Source: Vicugna vicugna (lineage: Eukaryota). Taken from it: 64,000 nucleotides of DNA. The DNA is taken from contig MU058533.1 of NCBI GenBank assembly GCA_013265495.1, positions 1 to 64,000 on the forward strand, read 5' to 3'. Below the pieces are notes generated by a model that had not been told where the DNA came from, searched no databases, and saw only the letters and a list, made by a program, of their open reading frames with translations. A program made the translations under genes and the position numbers. This document shows positions 11,501 to 22,865 of the stretch, in pieces. Position 1 is the stretch's first letter, and every line of letters starts with the position of its first letter.

Positions 11501-14500
11501 TGTCCTTTCCTCTCCCCTTCTCTCTCCATTCTCTCTCTCATCCCCGTTTCTCTCTAACCTCTTCTCCTCTTCTGTCTCTCTCTTGCCTTCCTCCACCTCT
11601 TCATTTTTGCCCAGCTGTTTTTTTCACCTAACTGCACATCAACTGCACCAAAATATCTATTGGTTATTTTTCAACGTCCCACCTGAGGCACTTTTGTCCA
11701 CCCTCTATGTCACCTCTCTTACTCTCAACCCCATCCTTGCCCTTGTGGACTGGGAGTGTCTGGAACTTGGACTATTCCTCCACCAGGCTGGGAGCTCCTA
11801 GAAGGCAAAGGCTGGGTCTAGGTCCTTTCTGAGTCTCCAGGGCACAGAAAGGAGCTGAGAAGAATTGGAGATGGCATAGAATTGGGGATGAGGAAGCAAT
11901 GTGGCAGTGTTTACTGAATGGGGACTGGATGGATGAAGCTGCAGGTGTTCCTGGGCTAGAGTTGAATGCCTTTAATCCCCAGCTGTTCCCTGTGAATCCT
12001 GGACTAAATAACATGAGGAATTAGGGGGCAGGAGATGAGAAAACACTTAGGGAGTGAAGATGTTTAAAAACGTGTGATTTCAGAAAGCAAAGTAAGGCAG
12101 TGGAAGGAAGTTGCTTTTCTGAATATGGGCTACGTGGCATCATCTGCCTTCACACATTGTCACTAATTCTCTCAGAAGTTCAAGTCTTTCTGTCCCAAAC
12201 CCTGCAAACTTTCCCCTGCTATGCATGCTGGGTACCAGACCCTGCCTCTGGGCTCTGCTCTTATTCCCACTAAGCAATAATGACAGAATCAACAAAAAGA
12301 TTTTCCCTCTTCCCCAATCGGGGAGCAGAGCCCATGAGTGGCTCAGAAAAAGTCCATGAGGACTTGCACTCACCATTCAATCTCTTTAGGCTCACGATCC
12401 TTCAGGAGTTCTTTCACCTCCTGCCGGCAGCGCTCCTGGTATTTAGGGTGCTTTGCAAGGTTGTAGAGGACCCAGGAGAGGCCACTGGCTGTGGTGTCAT
12501 GGCCTGAGGAGTAGCCAGACAGGCTTGGGTCTCTCGACTAATTCAGCACCAGAGGATGGACAGCAGCCTTACATTAAGGCCCATGGGGACTATGGGGAGG
12601 GATGGGGTGGTCCAGGGTCCACCCACCAAACCCCTGGGATGGAGAGACCCCTGCCCCTTCTGTAGTCCCACACTGGGACCCTCACCCGCAAACATGAAGG
12701 TGTCAGCTTCAGCTCGGATATCTTCGTCTGACAACCCCTTCCCATCTTCATCCTGGAGAGAAAGCAAAATCCCCAGACTCACACTAGCTCTGAGGGTCCC
12801 TGCATCTCAACTGAGCCATTCTCTGAAGCACCAACATCCACCCAGAAACCCAAGTCCACCCTGAACTCCTAGACCTCCCTTGCTCACTATCACTAGAGGC
12901 CCCACCCCCAGGCCTCTCCCTTGGCCTTCTTGCCTCCTGAATTGTCCCTAGTGAACAAAATCAATGATCCATAAATATGTTCGTATTTCTACAGGATGAG
13001 GGATTTCTGAGGAAAAAAGTTACTCGCCACCTGGATTACAGGATGATTGAATAGTAACTTGCCTTAAAGGCTAGAGATTGAACATTGCCCCAAAGCCACA
13101 TGTTAAGATAGTAAATCCAGAGATTCCCTATCTGTCCTGGAGATAAGGAATGCGTTATAAACCTGCAGAACCTATAAACTTTGCTTTCTCACTGAAGAGG
13201 ATTTGTTTAAGCCCTAGAACCATGACTCTCTCTCTCTCTTTCTCTCTCTCTCTTTCTCCATCTCATCTATCTCTTTCTGTCCTTCTCCTTCCCCTCCCCA
13301 GGAAAGAAGGGGCAGATGTATCAGCTGTCCTACATAAGTTCCAAAATTCAAATTTGGAGGTACTTCTCCTGTGGTGCAAGCATGGCTGCAGGTACAGGTG
13401 AAAGCACCATGGAGCCCTCAGAGCAGTCTGGGAATGGGGAATGGGAGCCACCATTCTACTCTGGCTACTGTTACTGCTGTGAGTAATAAATGGGCTGCTC
13501 TGAGCCAGGGTTTTATATCTACACACAGACACACACACAGAATCTACCTCCGTGGTAGATTAACTTAATAACTTGGAAGTAGAGCAAAATCTCAGGCCCT
13601 TTGCAGCTTCAGCCATAGTAATCCCCTGCAGGCTGCATTCCACACAGTCATCTCTAAACCTTATCCCTAACCCATGCCTCTCTTCCTGAAGTACCTTCCA
13701 TGGCTCCCCAGTACCCTCTGCATCAAGTCCAAGCACTTTGAACAAACCAAGGTCCATTCTACTTCTTGAACTCAGAAACCAGTGCAGCCTACCTTGGTCA
13801 GCAGGAGCACATCAATGAAGTCCAAAGTCTTGGTTTTAGCCTTCGCCTTGAGGAAGTCATCAGCACCCTGATCGGGGAGGGTGCGGCGCCGCTCCCGGAT
13901 GACTGCATCTGTGAAGTCGTGTACCTGGCGGCAGGCCCTGCGGAAGCGCTGCCCATCGTGGGTGAGGTAGTACACGAAGTCCGTGTACTGGAAGAGCTGC
14001 TGGTGCCGTTTTGCCACAAGGGCACTGAGCTCCAGGATAGCAGCAATATATCCACTGGGCTTCCTGCAGGATGAGAGCACGAAGGGAGGCAACAACTTAA
14101 AACACCTGAAGCCCGGGAGTCAGGCGTTATCTCCATCAGGACACCGAGTCTCCAATAACAGATGGTGCATAGATAGAGTGGGGAGGAGTCAGGGGATGTG
14201 ACTCTCCTGACTCTCGTCTCCCTACATCCCATCTCTGTGAGCTGCCTGCCTGCCCCAGGCACCCAGAGCACAGCTTAGATACCACGCTTCTCTCCTCACT
14301 CTCTTATCCACTATCTGTGCCCCCTCCTTCCCAGAAGTGTCAGCACAGCTCAGACCTTATCCTCTTCCAACTGGCCAATGGGCCTAGCCCCTCTCCTAGT
14401 CTCCTTACATCCATTGTCAATACCATCCAGTGTCTACATGATAGTTGGTCTTCTCTCGAGTCAGAGCTCACATTTGACCACAATGTTCATCTGCACAACA

Positions 14501-17500
14501 CCATCCATGGCTCCCTGGAAACTTCAGGATAAAGTTCATGTCCTCTTTGTCTGGAACTCCTCAAACCTCACATCCAAGTTGTCTCCTCACTGTTGCACAC
14601 ACATTGCTCATCCTAGCCTCCTGGCCTTTATCAAACATTTCTATGTACCTGAAAGGATCGCTCCTTGTCTTTCCTCTCCCTGTCTCTCTATGTCCAGCTC
14701 TGACCCACCTCCTCCAGGAAGGCCCTTCTGATTACCCTGGTTAGTCCTCCCTACCCCATCTACTCCCTTGGGTCAATGGCTCATTTTCCCGGACCCTGGG
14801 TCAAGACTCACTCTTGGCAATTGCTGTCGAAGCTGAAGACGCATTTCTGCAGATTGTCTAGGGTCATGAGACTGATGTGTTCAAACATGTCCAGACGGGT
14901 GTGGCCCTCTGTGACCAGGCGCTGCCACTTGGCCTGGACGGAAAACAGGACAGAGCTGGGGCTGGGAACTACCTCCCTTGAGCCTCCCCAACCCCAACCA
15001 CCAAGATGGGCACCCGAGACCCTGCCTCCTGGCCCTAGGCACCTATCCCCAGGGAAGTCCAGGCTTAGGTGGGAGTCAAGGCTGCTATCATCAGGACATC
15101 AAGTCTCCATGCCTGGGAGTCAGGAGATCTGGGTTTAATTCTGGCTCTGCCTCCTGCACTGTGTACCCTTTGTCAACTTACTGCACAAAGTAAGTATGCA
15201 ACAAATGTTAGCTTTCAGCACCATCATTGTTATAAATTGATTAGGAAAAGGTCCCCTATGCTGAGAGAGGTAGTCTACCACGGGCCCTGAGTGCCCTGCC
15301 CTTTCTTGCTGGGTATGCCCAACCATTGCGAGGCCGTGATGCTCTTTACCTGAACCACTTCTCAGAGCTCAGAGTGTTTGCAGCAAACAACCTTGAGGAG
15401 TAAGGTTATGTCTCCCCCTGGACAAATATCAGGCTTGCCCCAAATCACTATAAAATACATAGAGTCCCTAAACCTGGTAGGACCCCCGCCCCATCCCGTA
15501 ATACAGTATACTACATGAGCAGGCACCTATCAAAGCCTGCCTGTGTCATCCTCATGGAACTTACTGACTTGGAAAAAGAATGCAAACCAACACAAAGCAT
15601 GTGCCCTTTGCTATGCCAAGAGTAATAAACTGTCATTTGTCTTTGACCCAGGAGACTAATGTTTCCAGTAGAATTAACAATGGAGTAACAAGCTCTCTTG
15701 TCAGTTTGCAACTATGGAAAAGTCCCAGGCACTTCACAAAATCCTTACCTCCAATTCTTCACTTTGCTATGTATATATCCAAACCCTTTGCAATGTGATT
15801 TTTCAGCAACTTCATATAGGAAGTGGAGTCTATTACACTATCCTTTGTTTCCAAGCTGGCCTTGGACTTGCTTTGGCCAGTAGACTGTGGTGAAAATAAA
15901 GGGGTGATTATCCCAAAGCTAGACCTCAAGGAGCATTGCAGCTTCATCTCAGCCTCTTGGAAACCTGCCTCTGCCATGTGAGCAAGACTGAGATGCCTTC
16001 TAAAGGGAGACAATCACATGAAAGGAGGTCCAGTTGCCTCAGGTGAGGCCATCCCAGATCAGCCTGCAGCCAGCCAAGCCCCAAACATGTGAGAGGACTC
16101 AGCCCAGATCAGCTAAGCTTCCAATCAGACCCACAGCTGATAACAGATATGTGAGTGACCCCACCCACATCCAGAAGAACCAGCCACCTGACTCACAGAC
16201 TTCTTGTCAATACTAAACCGTTGTTGTTTTGAAATGACCTGTTACTCCGGAATAACTGATACACAATATCCATCATCCTCATGATCCGTGTCTCAAGACT
16301 GGAAGGCTTCTGGGATGGAAACATACAAACTAACACCAAGCACTGTGTGCCAGGGTCATTACTCCATTACATCATCTTAACCATCCTGCAAGGCGGGGAT
16401 CACATTATCCATTTACAGCCAAGGAAACCGAGGCTCAGAAAGGAAGCTAAATGCCTTCAAAGCCACCAAGAAGGGCCAGAATTCCTGCATTGATGTCTCA
16501 GTCCTTATCACCACCGAGGCTCCAGCCAGGACTGAGTTCAAGAGACTCACGTGCATGACCTTCGCGCTGTCGTTGAAAATCTTCACATAGGACTTCAGGA
16601 TGTTGAAGTGGAAGGCAGGTGTCAGCATGCGACGGTGTCTACTCCACTTGTCACCGGCACTCAGCAGGAGCCCATCCCCTAGCATAGACAGCCACGGGGA
16701 GTGAGCAAGGGCAGCCCCTTCCCCTGGGCCCCTGAGGTTGTCCTCAACCCATTTGACTCACAGTTACTCACCCAGCCAGGGCTTCAGAAACTCGTAGAAG
16801 AATGAGTCCTTGGGTGCGACAGCAGCTGACATGAATGAGGACCATCAGGGACCATGGAGAGGGGGAGGAGAGGGACTTTGAAGGAAGAGGGTAGAGGCTC
16901 CCGGCCAGGAGTCTGCATTCCCACTCCAAGCCCAGCATAGCAGGAATGTGGACATGAGCATAGGAAGCCGGGAGGAGGCGGCGAAGGACAGGGGACAGGC
17001 CAGGTTGCAACACAGAGCAGAGCAAATGCGGAGCCATAGACACAACCCTGTGTGCTAGACACCCCCAACATGACACAACCTGCCCCAGTGTGCCTTGACA
17101 TGGCTCCTACATGGCCCAACATGTTCTAATCACCCAAGCATAGCCCAGCGCTCTACCAACACCTTTATGGGACCCAGGACATCACCTCTGCCCCAGCTCT
17201 CTGACACCTCTGAGACATCAGACAAGACTCCAAGGGTCAACACATGCTGACAAGGTCCCAACACACATGACACAACCTCACATGATACAACACGCTCTGG
17301 CATGGACCTGAAGACAGTGTGATGTCACCCAGAAAAACGTCAGCCAGGACCCAGACAGGACTTAAATACAGTCCACTAATGTCACAGACATTAGCCAGGC
17401 ATAACCAAGACAGCCTAAGACCTGCATCGGACAAGACTCACATAAAGTCTCAGGCATTTGTCAAAGAGACCTTGAGTCCCAGACCTCAGACAAACCCCAA

Positions 17501-20500
17501 ATGTGGCCCAAACATGACAAGCGGCAGAACCAGACAAACTCTGGTGGCATCTCACACAAGAACCAGACAGACCCCGACATGCCTCAAATGTCTTTGGCCA
17601 CAGCCGAACCCCAGATGTGACTGAGACCATCTCTGTTTGAGCCCAGGTCTAACCAGATACAACATGCCCGCTGTAACCAGAATCCAGGTAGAAACGTAGA
17701 CGTGGCCAGACATGGCCATACAGCAGACGTCACACGGACATGGCCAGAGGTCGGGCAGGTGGGAGTCCAGGTGAGAGAGAGGCGGTGGCATCTCCGCCAC
17801 AGCCCCTCTGTCTGCGCCCTGGTCTCCCGCCCAGCTGCAGGCAGCACAGGGACCAGGCAGCGGGCAAGCTGTGGCTGGGGGTGTCTACCTGGAGCAAAGA
17901 GCACAGGCTTGACGCAGGTGGGGTGGAAGATGCGGATGACCGCGTGCCAGGGCCCCACCCACCAGCAGCACACATCCCCATAGGTGCTGGCCAGGCCCTG
18001 TATGTACAGGAGACCTTCCTCCGAGCTCTGAATCTGGAGAGGAACAGAAAGGACTCAGTTCATACTCTTCAAGGCTGCCAGAGGGCAGGACTTGCAGGGC
18101 AGTGATCCAGACCTGAGCCCCCGAGTCCCCTCCAGCAGCTGGTCTTCTGTCCTCAGCCTCCTCCTGGGCTCCCTCCACACACCCTCCATACAAAACCACT
18201 GGGGTCCTTCGGTTACAGGGATAGAAAAGGTCTTTCCCTGTTTGGATCCGAAACACCATGTTCGCCTGACCTCTCTTCCATCCCCTATTCCAGATAAGGA
18301 CACTGAGGCTCTAAGTGATGAAGTCACTTGCCCGCATGGGCGGTGGCACAGGCTACAGGTAGTTGTCCTCGGCTGCCTTGCTCCCCACCCGGGCAGCCCC
18401 AGCCCTCCTCATCCACTCCTGAGACATGAGCCCTGCTCTGTCTGAATCCAGGGCCCAAGTTCTTAACCATCGAACTACTCTGAGCCCCAGAATAATAGCT
18501 CTGAGGACCCTATGCCTGCCAAGACTGGGCACCCAGAGTCTCAGCAACACAGGAATCAGTTCTATGACTCAAGTGAGGAAACGTTAAAGGAGATCCTGCA
18601 GCTTTTCCTGGAACTGTTGGAATGAGGTCACTTTTCCATGAAGGTTGAGTTTTGGGGTTTCATCATTACCAGGATGAGAGTGAAGCCATCACAGATGAAC
18701 ACAGAACAAAAAGGTAAAGACAGATTTCTGATGACATTGTTTGAGACCTGGATCCAGCTGTGCCTGAAGACAACCCTCCTTGGATTTTGCAGTCAATTTA
18801 TTCCCTTTCTTTGCTTAGACCACACAGGGTTAGATTTCCACCACTAACAGCTGAAAGAGATTTCAGCAGCCAGAGAGAGCCAGGGACCTTCCCAGAGGCA
18901 CCCAGCATTTTGGTGTTGGAGCCAAAGTCTCTGTAGATGCTGCCTGTTTCCCTGTTGCCTGGTCTGTCTGGGGGTGGGAGGGGCAGAGGGCAAGGAAAGG
19001 GAGTCAGGGTTGGGTGCAGCGTCCTCAGGGAGACTCCTGGGGACTGCAGAAGGAAACACTGAACTAGAACCGGTTGAACCATGGGACAGGGTGAAGGAAA
19101 CCAACCCACCACAGGTGGATGTCATGGAAATAACAGCCCAGATCCTCCAGCAGCCACAAGCCTTCATTACTCTGCGTCTGGGGATGAGTGGGACTGGGGC
19201 AGGCAGGCAGGGGACCTGAGAGGCTGTGAATACCTACTGCATCACTATACTGTCTTCTTTAAAAAAAATTCTGTTCATCGTTCCAAATCCAGTTCCAGCA
19301 ACTCCTCCTCCAGGAAGCCTTCCAGCACACCCTAGCAGAGAAACTTGCTTCTCCTCTGGGTTGCCACAGCCCGTCTCCCTCTGCTCAATTCCTGACCACA
19401 CCAGGTCAGGGACTTCTCTGTCCAGATGTGTTTCCTCAAGACTGGGGGCATCCTTCACCCAGGACACCAGGGGACACCAGGGTGGGAGGAGGGAGGAGGT
19501 AGTGGGAGGGGGTTGGTGAAGGAAAGAGGAAGGTGGCTGAGAGAAAAAGGGAGGAGGGGCTGGGGTCCTGTAGGGCCACATAGAATTTGGCAGAGAGGGG
19601 CTGGAAGCTCTCAGATGTGCCCCCGCACCCACCACCACAAGCTGTGCATGGGTACCTGAGGCATTGGTGATACTCCGAACCAAGTCAGGGTGGCAGAAAA
19701 TGACCAGGGGGATGATGGGGCCCATCCAGATCATATATCCCTGGGGGTTGTTGACCACCAGCTGAGTTAAGACCCTCAAGCCTTCCTCTGTGGGTTGTAC
19801 CTGCAAGCAAGTCAAGGGCCATCACTTCCCAGAAGAAGCCACAGCAGGTACCCCTGCAGCCACCGCGGTGAACGGTGTGTCAGATTCTGTACAGACGGAG
19901 GGAATCTCTGCTTCCTTGTGCTCCTTCCCTCTGGGAATGGAAGGGTCCTGGAGGCCTCTCCGACTCCCAAGGGTGTGTCCCAGGGTGCTGGGAGAAGACA
20001 TGCACTCTGCCCACAGGGAGGCTGAACTTGGCTCAAAAATACAGAATTTTTCATCGTGGGAGTGGTTCCAGCCCCAGGGGCAGCCACAGGAGGAGATCTC
20101 TATGGGGAGGGCCGTGCGTAGCGGGGTGGCCTCAGGACTTGTCCCTGGGTTTTGGGCGCATATTCTTTCATGTTCTGGCTGGTCCAGAAAATCAGAATTT
20201 TCTCATCGTGGGAGTGGTTCCAGCCCTAGGGGCGGCCACAGGAGATCTCTATGGGGAGGGCCGTGCGTAGCGGGGTGGCCTCAGGACTTGTCCCTGGGTT
20301 TTGGGCGCATATTCTTTCATGTTCTGGCTGGTCCACATGGCCTCCAGTTCCTTGAATAGTAAAGGGTCTCCAGTCCTGGGACCTTCCAACCCTGACAGAC
20401 TCCCAGGGACAGACAGGAACTCTGCGCATCCATCAGGAGAGCAGCTCTGACCTACCAACCCCCTCGGCTGGCCATGCTCTCTGCACAGGGCATCCTGTCT

Positions 20501-22092
20501 ATTTCTCTGCGTCCTGTGGACATGCCCCTTAACTGTGCCATTTACAGATGAAGGAACTGAGGCCAGGTCCCCCCATAGGGGAAGGAGGGCGGGTTACCTC
20601 TTGGGGAAGCATTCTCTCCAGTCCCTCAGGATGCCCTGTCCAAGCTTGCCAAATACCCCCAGGTGCTCTCAGCAGGTGAACATAAGTCACTTTTCACCTC
20701 TGTGACTTGCTCCCCTCTCCCCGAGGGGAGAGGCCCCTGAGGTGAGGATTCAAAGCACTTGATGAGACTGGTCCAGAGAGGGAAAGTGACTCAGCCGAGG
20801 TCACACAGCAAGACGGGCTGGAGGAAGGAAAATTGACCAAGACCAGCCCCCATGGCTGAGCCCTTGAAGGGGAAGGCAGAACTGCAGTAACTGTGTAACT
20901 TTCCTGCAGCCCCCAGGGCTGACTGAGGCCATTTCAAGACCTGGAATCTCAGAAAATCCTCTCAACATGCTTCAGAACACCCCCATTCTGAACTTTGCCA
21001 TAATAAACATTAAAATTGCAGTAGTCCTCCCCCAAGTTGCAGTTCTCATCTCAGGCAGAATAGGAAAGCTGTGCTCATCTCTCAGCTGGTCTGAAAGATG
21101 GATGGAGCTGAATGCCCATCCCTGTGACCTTCCCTGAGAGCGGTGATGGCAAGTTCATCATCTCGGTCCTCAAACGTTTATTTTGCGTGTCTCCTGTACA
21201 CCAGCCCTGGACTGGGCACTGTAGTATCTCTACCCCAGAGCTTCCATCAAATTATAATGATGGGTAATAAGTAACTGGACAATTAACTGTTTAATTAACC
21301 ATGAGCAGGGCCAAGTCAAAGGTCAAGGTCTATGGCATGTGGCTTGGGGTGGGTGGGGGAGGGGGTCTAAGGAGGCTTCTGAAAGGGGAAATGAGTGGCC
21401 AACTTTATCCAGATTGGGCAACTGACCCATTAGGACATCTTTGGGGGAGATAAGAGGAAGATGCCCTGGGAAAGGGAGGGGATGAGAAGCTGTGACCCTG
21501 TAAGTGGGTATGGAGAGGTAATAGCTGATTCCTCTGGAGAAGCTGTAGCCCAGAAGGAGAAGACACAAGGAAATGGGCCACATGCAGAGCAGACCCTGGA
21601 CAGAGCCCTTGAAGAGGCCCCAGAGCCGGCACGGAGACTGGGAAGGCCAGGGGACCGGCCTCTGTGCAGCCCGACCTCAGAGGTGCACTGCTGCGTGGAA
21701 GAGAGGCAGGAAATGGATCCCAAAGCAGCTAGAGGTGGAAAGACAGGAGGTGAGAAAGGAATGAATGAGTGAGGAAAGAGGGGGCTCCCCTTGGCCTCCC
21801 TTGCTTCTCTGCTCTCCTAGATCCCAGCCCAACCCCTGAGCCCCATTCCTGACCTCTCCCTGATCCCCAGACCTGCTCTACTGCCCACACTCACCAGGCC
21901 CAGGTGACCCAAGAACCAGTTCCGTTTCGGGGGCTGCGGGAAACACCGGAGGCGGCGAGCATTGTCATAGCAGGCATAGGTCCAGGCCAGGACGTGGGCC
22001 AGGAGCCAGGAGACTGCAGCCAGCAGCAGCAGCAGCCATGGGGAGGCTGCCACCGGCCCGAGACCCAGCCAGGACAGGCTCAGCTGCAGCAT
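8393..22092 (-). CDS. CYP4F3: Cytochrome P450 4F subfamily gene A (CYP4F3-like fatty-acid/eicosanoid hydroxylase), multi-exon, 524 aa with either exon 3a or 3c
   Basis: Coding exons: 22092-21895, [19800-19656 or 18033-17889], 16825-16772, 16678-16551, 14933-14812, 14063-13793, 12752-12686, 12503-12374, 9556-9423, 9329-9265, 9076-8994, 8570-8393, total 1575 nt, all GT-AG. Motifs: signal anchor, PQPP, WSRHRR, GHDTT, ESLR, FSAGPRNCIG. It has both CYP4F3B-type and CYP4F3A-type alternative exons. Exact orthology within CYP4F is uncertain. Confidence 0.9.
8994..9076 (-). CDS. CYP4F3: Gene A E12 (83 nt; [27 protein letters not shown])
   Basis: tag/gtgaag, meander and start of the heme motif. Confidence 0.93.
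9265..9329 (-). CDS. CYP4F3: Gene A E11 (65 nt; [21 protein letters not shown])
   Basis: cag/gtgctg, in frame. Confidence 0.92.
9423..9556 (-). CDS. CYP4F3: Gene A E10 (134 nt; [23 protein letters not shown]...IPK)
   Basis: tag/gttacc, ExxR motif. Confidence 0.92.
12374..12503 (-). CDS. CYP4F3: Gene A E9 (130 nt; [29 protein letters not shown]...EIEW)
   Basis: cag/gtgagt, in frame. Confidence 0.93.
12686..12752 (-). CDS. CYP4F3: Gene A E8 (67 nt; [22 protein letters not shown])
   Basis: cag/gtgagg, I-helix. Codon 328 is GCG (Ala). Confidence 0.93.
13793..14063 (-). CDS. CYP4F3: Gene A E7 (271 nt; [13 protein letters not shown]...[11 protein letters not shown])
   Basis: cag/gtaggc, matches ORF 13772..14095. 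Confidence 0.93.
14812..14933 (-). CDS. CYP4F3: Gene A E6 (122 nt; [40 protein letters not shown])
   Basis: cag/gtgagt, in frame. Confidence 0.93.
15720..16265 (+). mobile_element. MaLR (MLT1-like) LTR relic
   Basis: GACTTGCTTTGGCCAGTAGA...GCCATGTGAG...CAGCCAAGCCCC...ATAACTGATACA. A similar element lies at about 49270-49790. Confidence 0.6.
16551..16678 (-). CDS. CYP4F3: Gene A E5 (128 nt; [24 protein letters not shown]...)
   Basis: tag/gtgagt, C-helix WxxxR motif. Confidence 0.93.
16772..16825 (-). CDS. CYP4F3: Gene A E4 (54 nt; [17 protein letters not shown])
   Basis: cag/gtgagt boundaries, in frame. Confidence 0.92.
17889..18033 (-). CDS. CYP4F3: Gene A alternative exon 3c (145 nt, CYP4F3A-type: [48 protein letters not shown])
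   Basis: ctccag|...G|gtagac, open frame, close to the recalled human myeloid CYP4F3A exon. Confidence 0.9.
19037..19177 (-). pseudogene. Gene A degenerate exon 3b (141 nt relic)
   Basis: Translates as [37 protein letters not shown], homologous to 51486-51630. It has an in-frame TAG, is 4 nt short, and its donor GT is now GA (gagtct versus gtatct in B). Confidence 0.85.
19656..19800 (-). CDS. CYP4F3: Gene A alternative exon 3a (145 nt, CYP4F2/CYP4F3B-type: [48 protein letters not shown])
   Basis: ttgcag|...G|gtaccc, open frame, phase 0 to 1. Confidence 0.9.
20037..20335 (+). repeat. Tandem duplication of about 150 bp (2 copies) in gene A intron 2
   Basis: About 20037-20186 and 20187-20335 are near-identical. 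Gene B has a single copy (about 53225-53371). Confidence 0.9.
21895..22092 (-). CDS. CYP4F3: Gene A E2 (198 nt coding; [10 protein letters not shown]...WFLGHLGL)
   Basis: cag|A ATG start, donor gtgagt, CYP4F N-terminal membrane anchor. Confidence 0.93.
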
Positions 22093-22430
22093 TCTGTGGG
22101 GTGGACAGGATTGGGGGTGAGGACAGGGGTGGGTGGGGAGGGTGAGGCAGAGACAGATAGCAGGAGGGGAAGGAGAGAGTGAGGGGCAGGGATGGTGAGT
22201 GCTGGGGATGGGACAAGAAGAGCTCAGAGATGGGCAGACAGGGACCGAGAGAGCAGAGGGAGGCCCAGGGAAATCCAGAGGAGAGGGAGAGAGACAGAGA
22301 CAGAGAGTGTTAGTTACCCACTGGGATCTAGTCATCTCCCAGGCCAGCTCATTCCCTGGAGCCACCCTGCCTTGGGCAGCATTCTCACCCCAGGCCAGGA
22401 CCCCCAGCCCCTTGCCCCCCAGCCTGGTAC

Positions 22431-22470
22431 CTTCTGTCAGGAGCAGCTCTTCCTGCACAACTTCCTCTCC
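22431..22470 (-). other. Gene A non-coding exon 1 (5' end approximate)
   Basis: Minus strand reads ...GCTGCTCCTGACAGAAG|gtacca, which resembles the recalled CYP4F2/F3 5'UTR. Paralogous to 57248-57285. Confidence 0.6.
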
Positions 22471-22479
22471 CCTCCTCCT

Positions 22480-22610
22480 GGGATGTCCTTGCCCCTGGCC
22501 CCTGATCTAGGGGAAGCTGCCAGGGGCCGGACTAAGCCAGCCAATCCCAGCAGCCTCCTTACCTCCTCCCCACCTGGCAGCTGCCCAAATCCATGGGTGG
22601 GGCGGGGATG
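22480..22610 (-). promoter_or_regulatory. Gene A core promoter region (inverted CCAAT, GC box)
   Basis: CCAAT at 22541-22545, GGGGCGGGG near 22599-22607, aligned to the gene B promoter. Confidence 0.5.
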
Positions 22611-22865
22611 GGGGCAGTGTTACTGAGAGAGGCCTGTGAACCAGCCCAGGGTCACGTAGTGTGGCAGGGGGATCCTCTGGGCTCAGCCAGGGGCAAGTTG
22701 GGGCAAATGTGACTCTGGGTCACCAGGTTTAGACCTGGCCCTGCACTTCCAAGGCCAAGGTGCAGCAGGTGAAAGTGGGAATGTTGAGGTGCCAGGTGAG
22801 CAGGCAAACATCTCCGGGGCTCCTCTCCACACGTGGGCCAGGAAGGTGTCATGCACCATTTCTTG

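Noticed and set aside
8393..22092. Gene A as a pseudogene (E328A, no proximal AATAAA or TATA-like site, weak gttacc donor at E10)
   Set aside because: All exons have the expected lengths, GT-AG boundaries, no stops, and intact ExxR and heme-Cys motifs.
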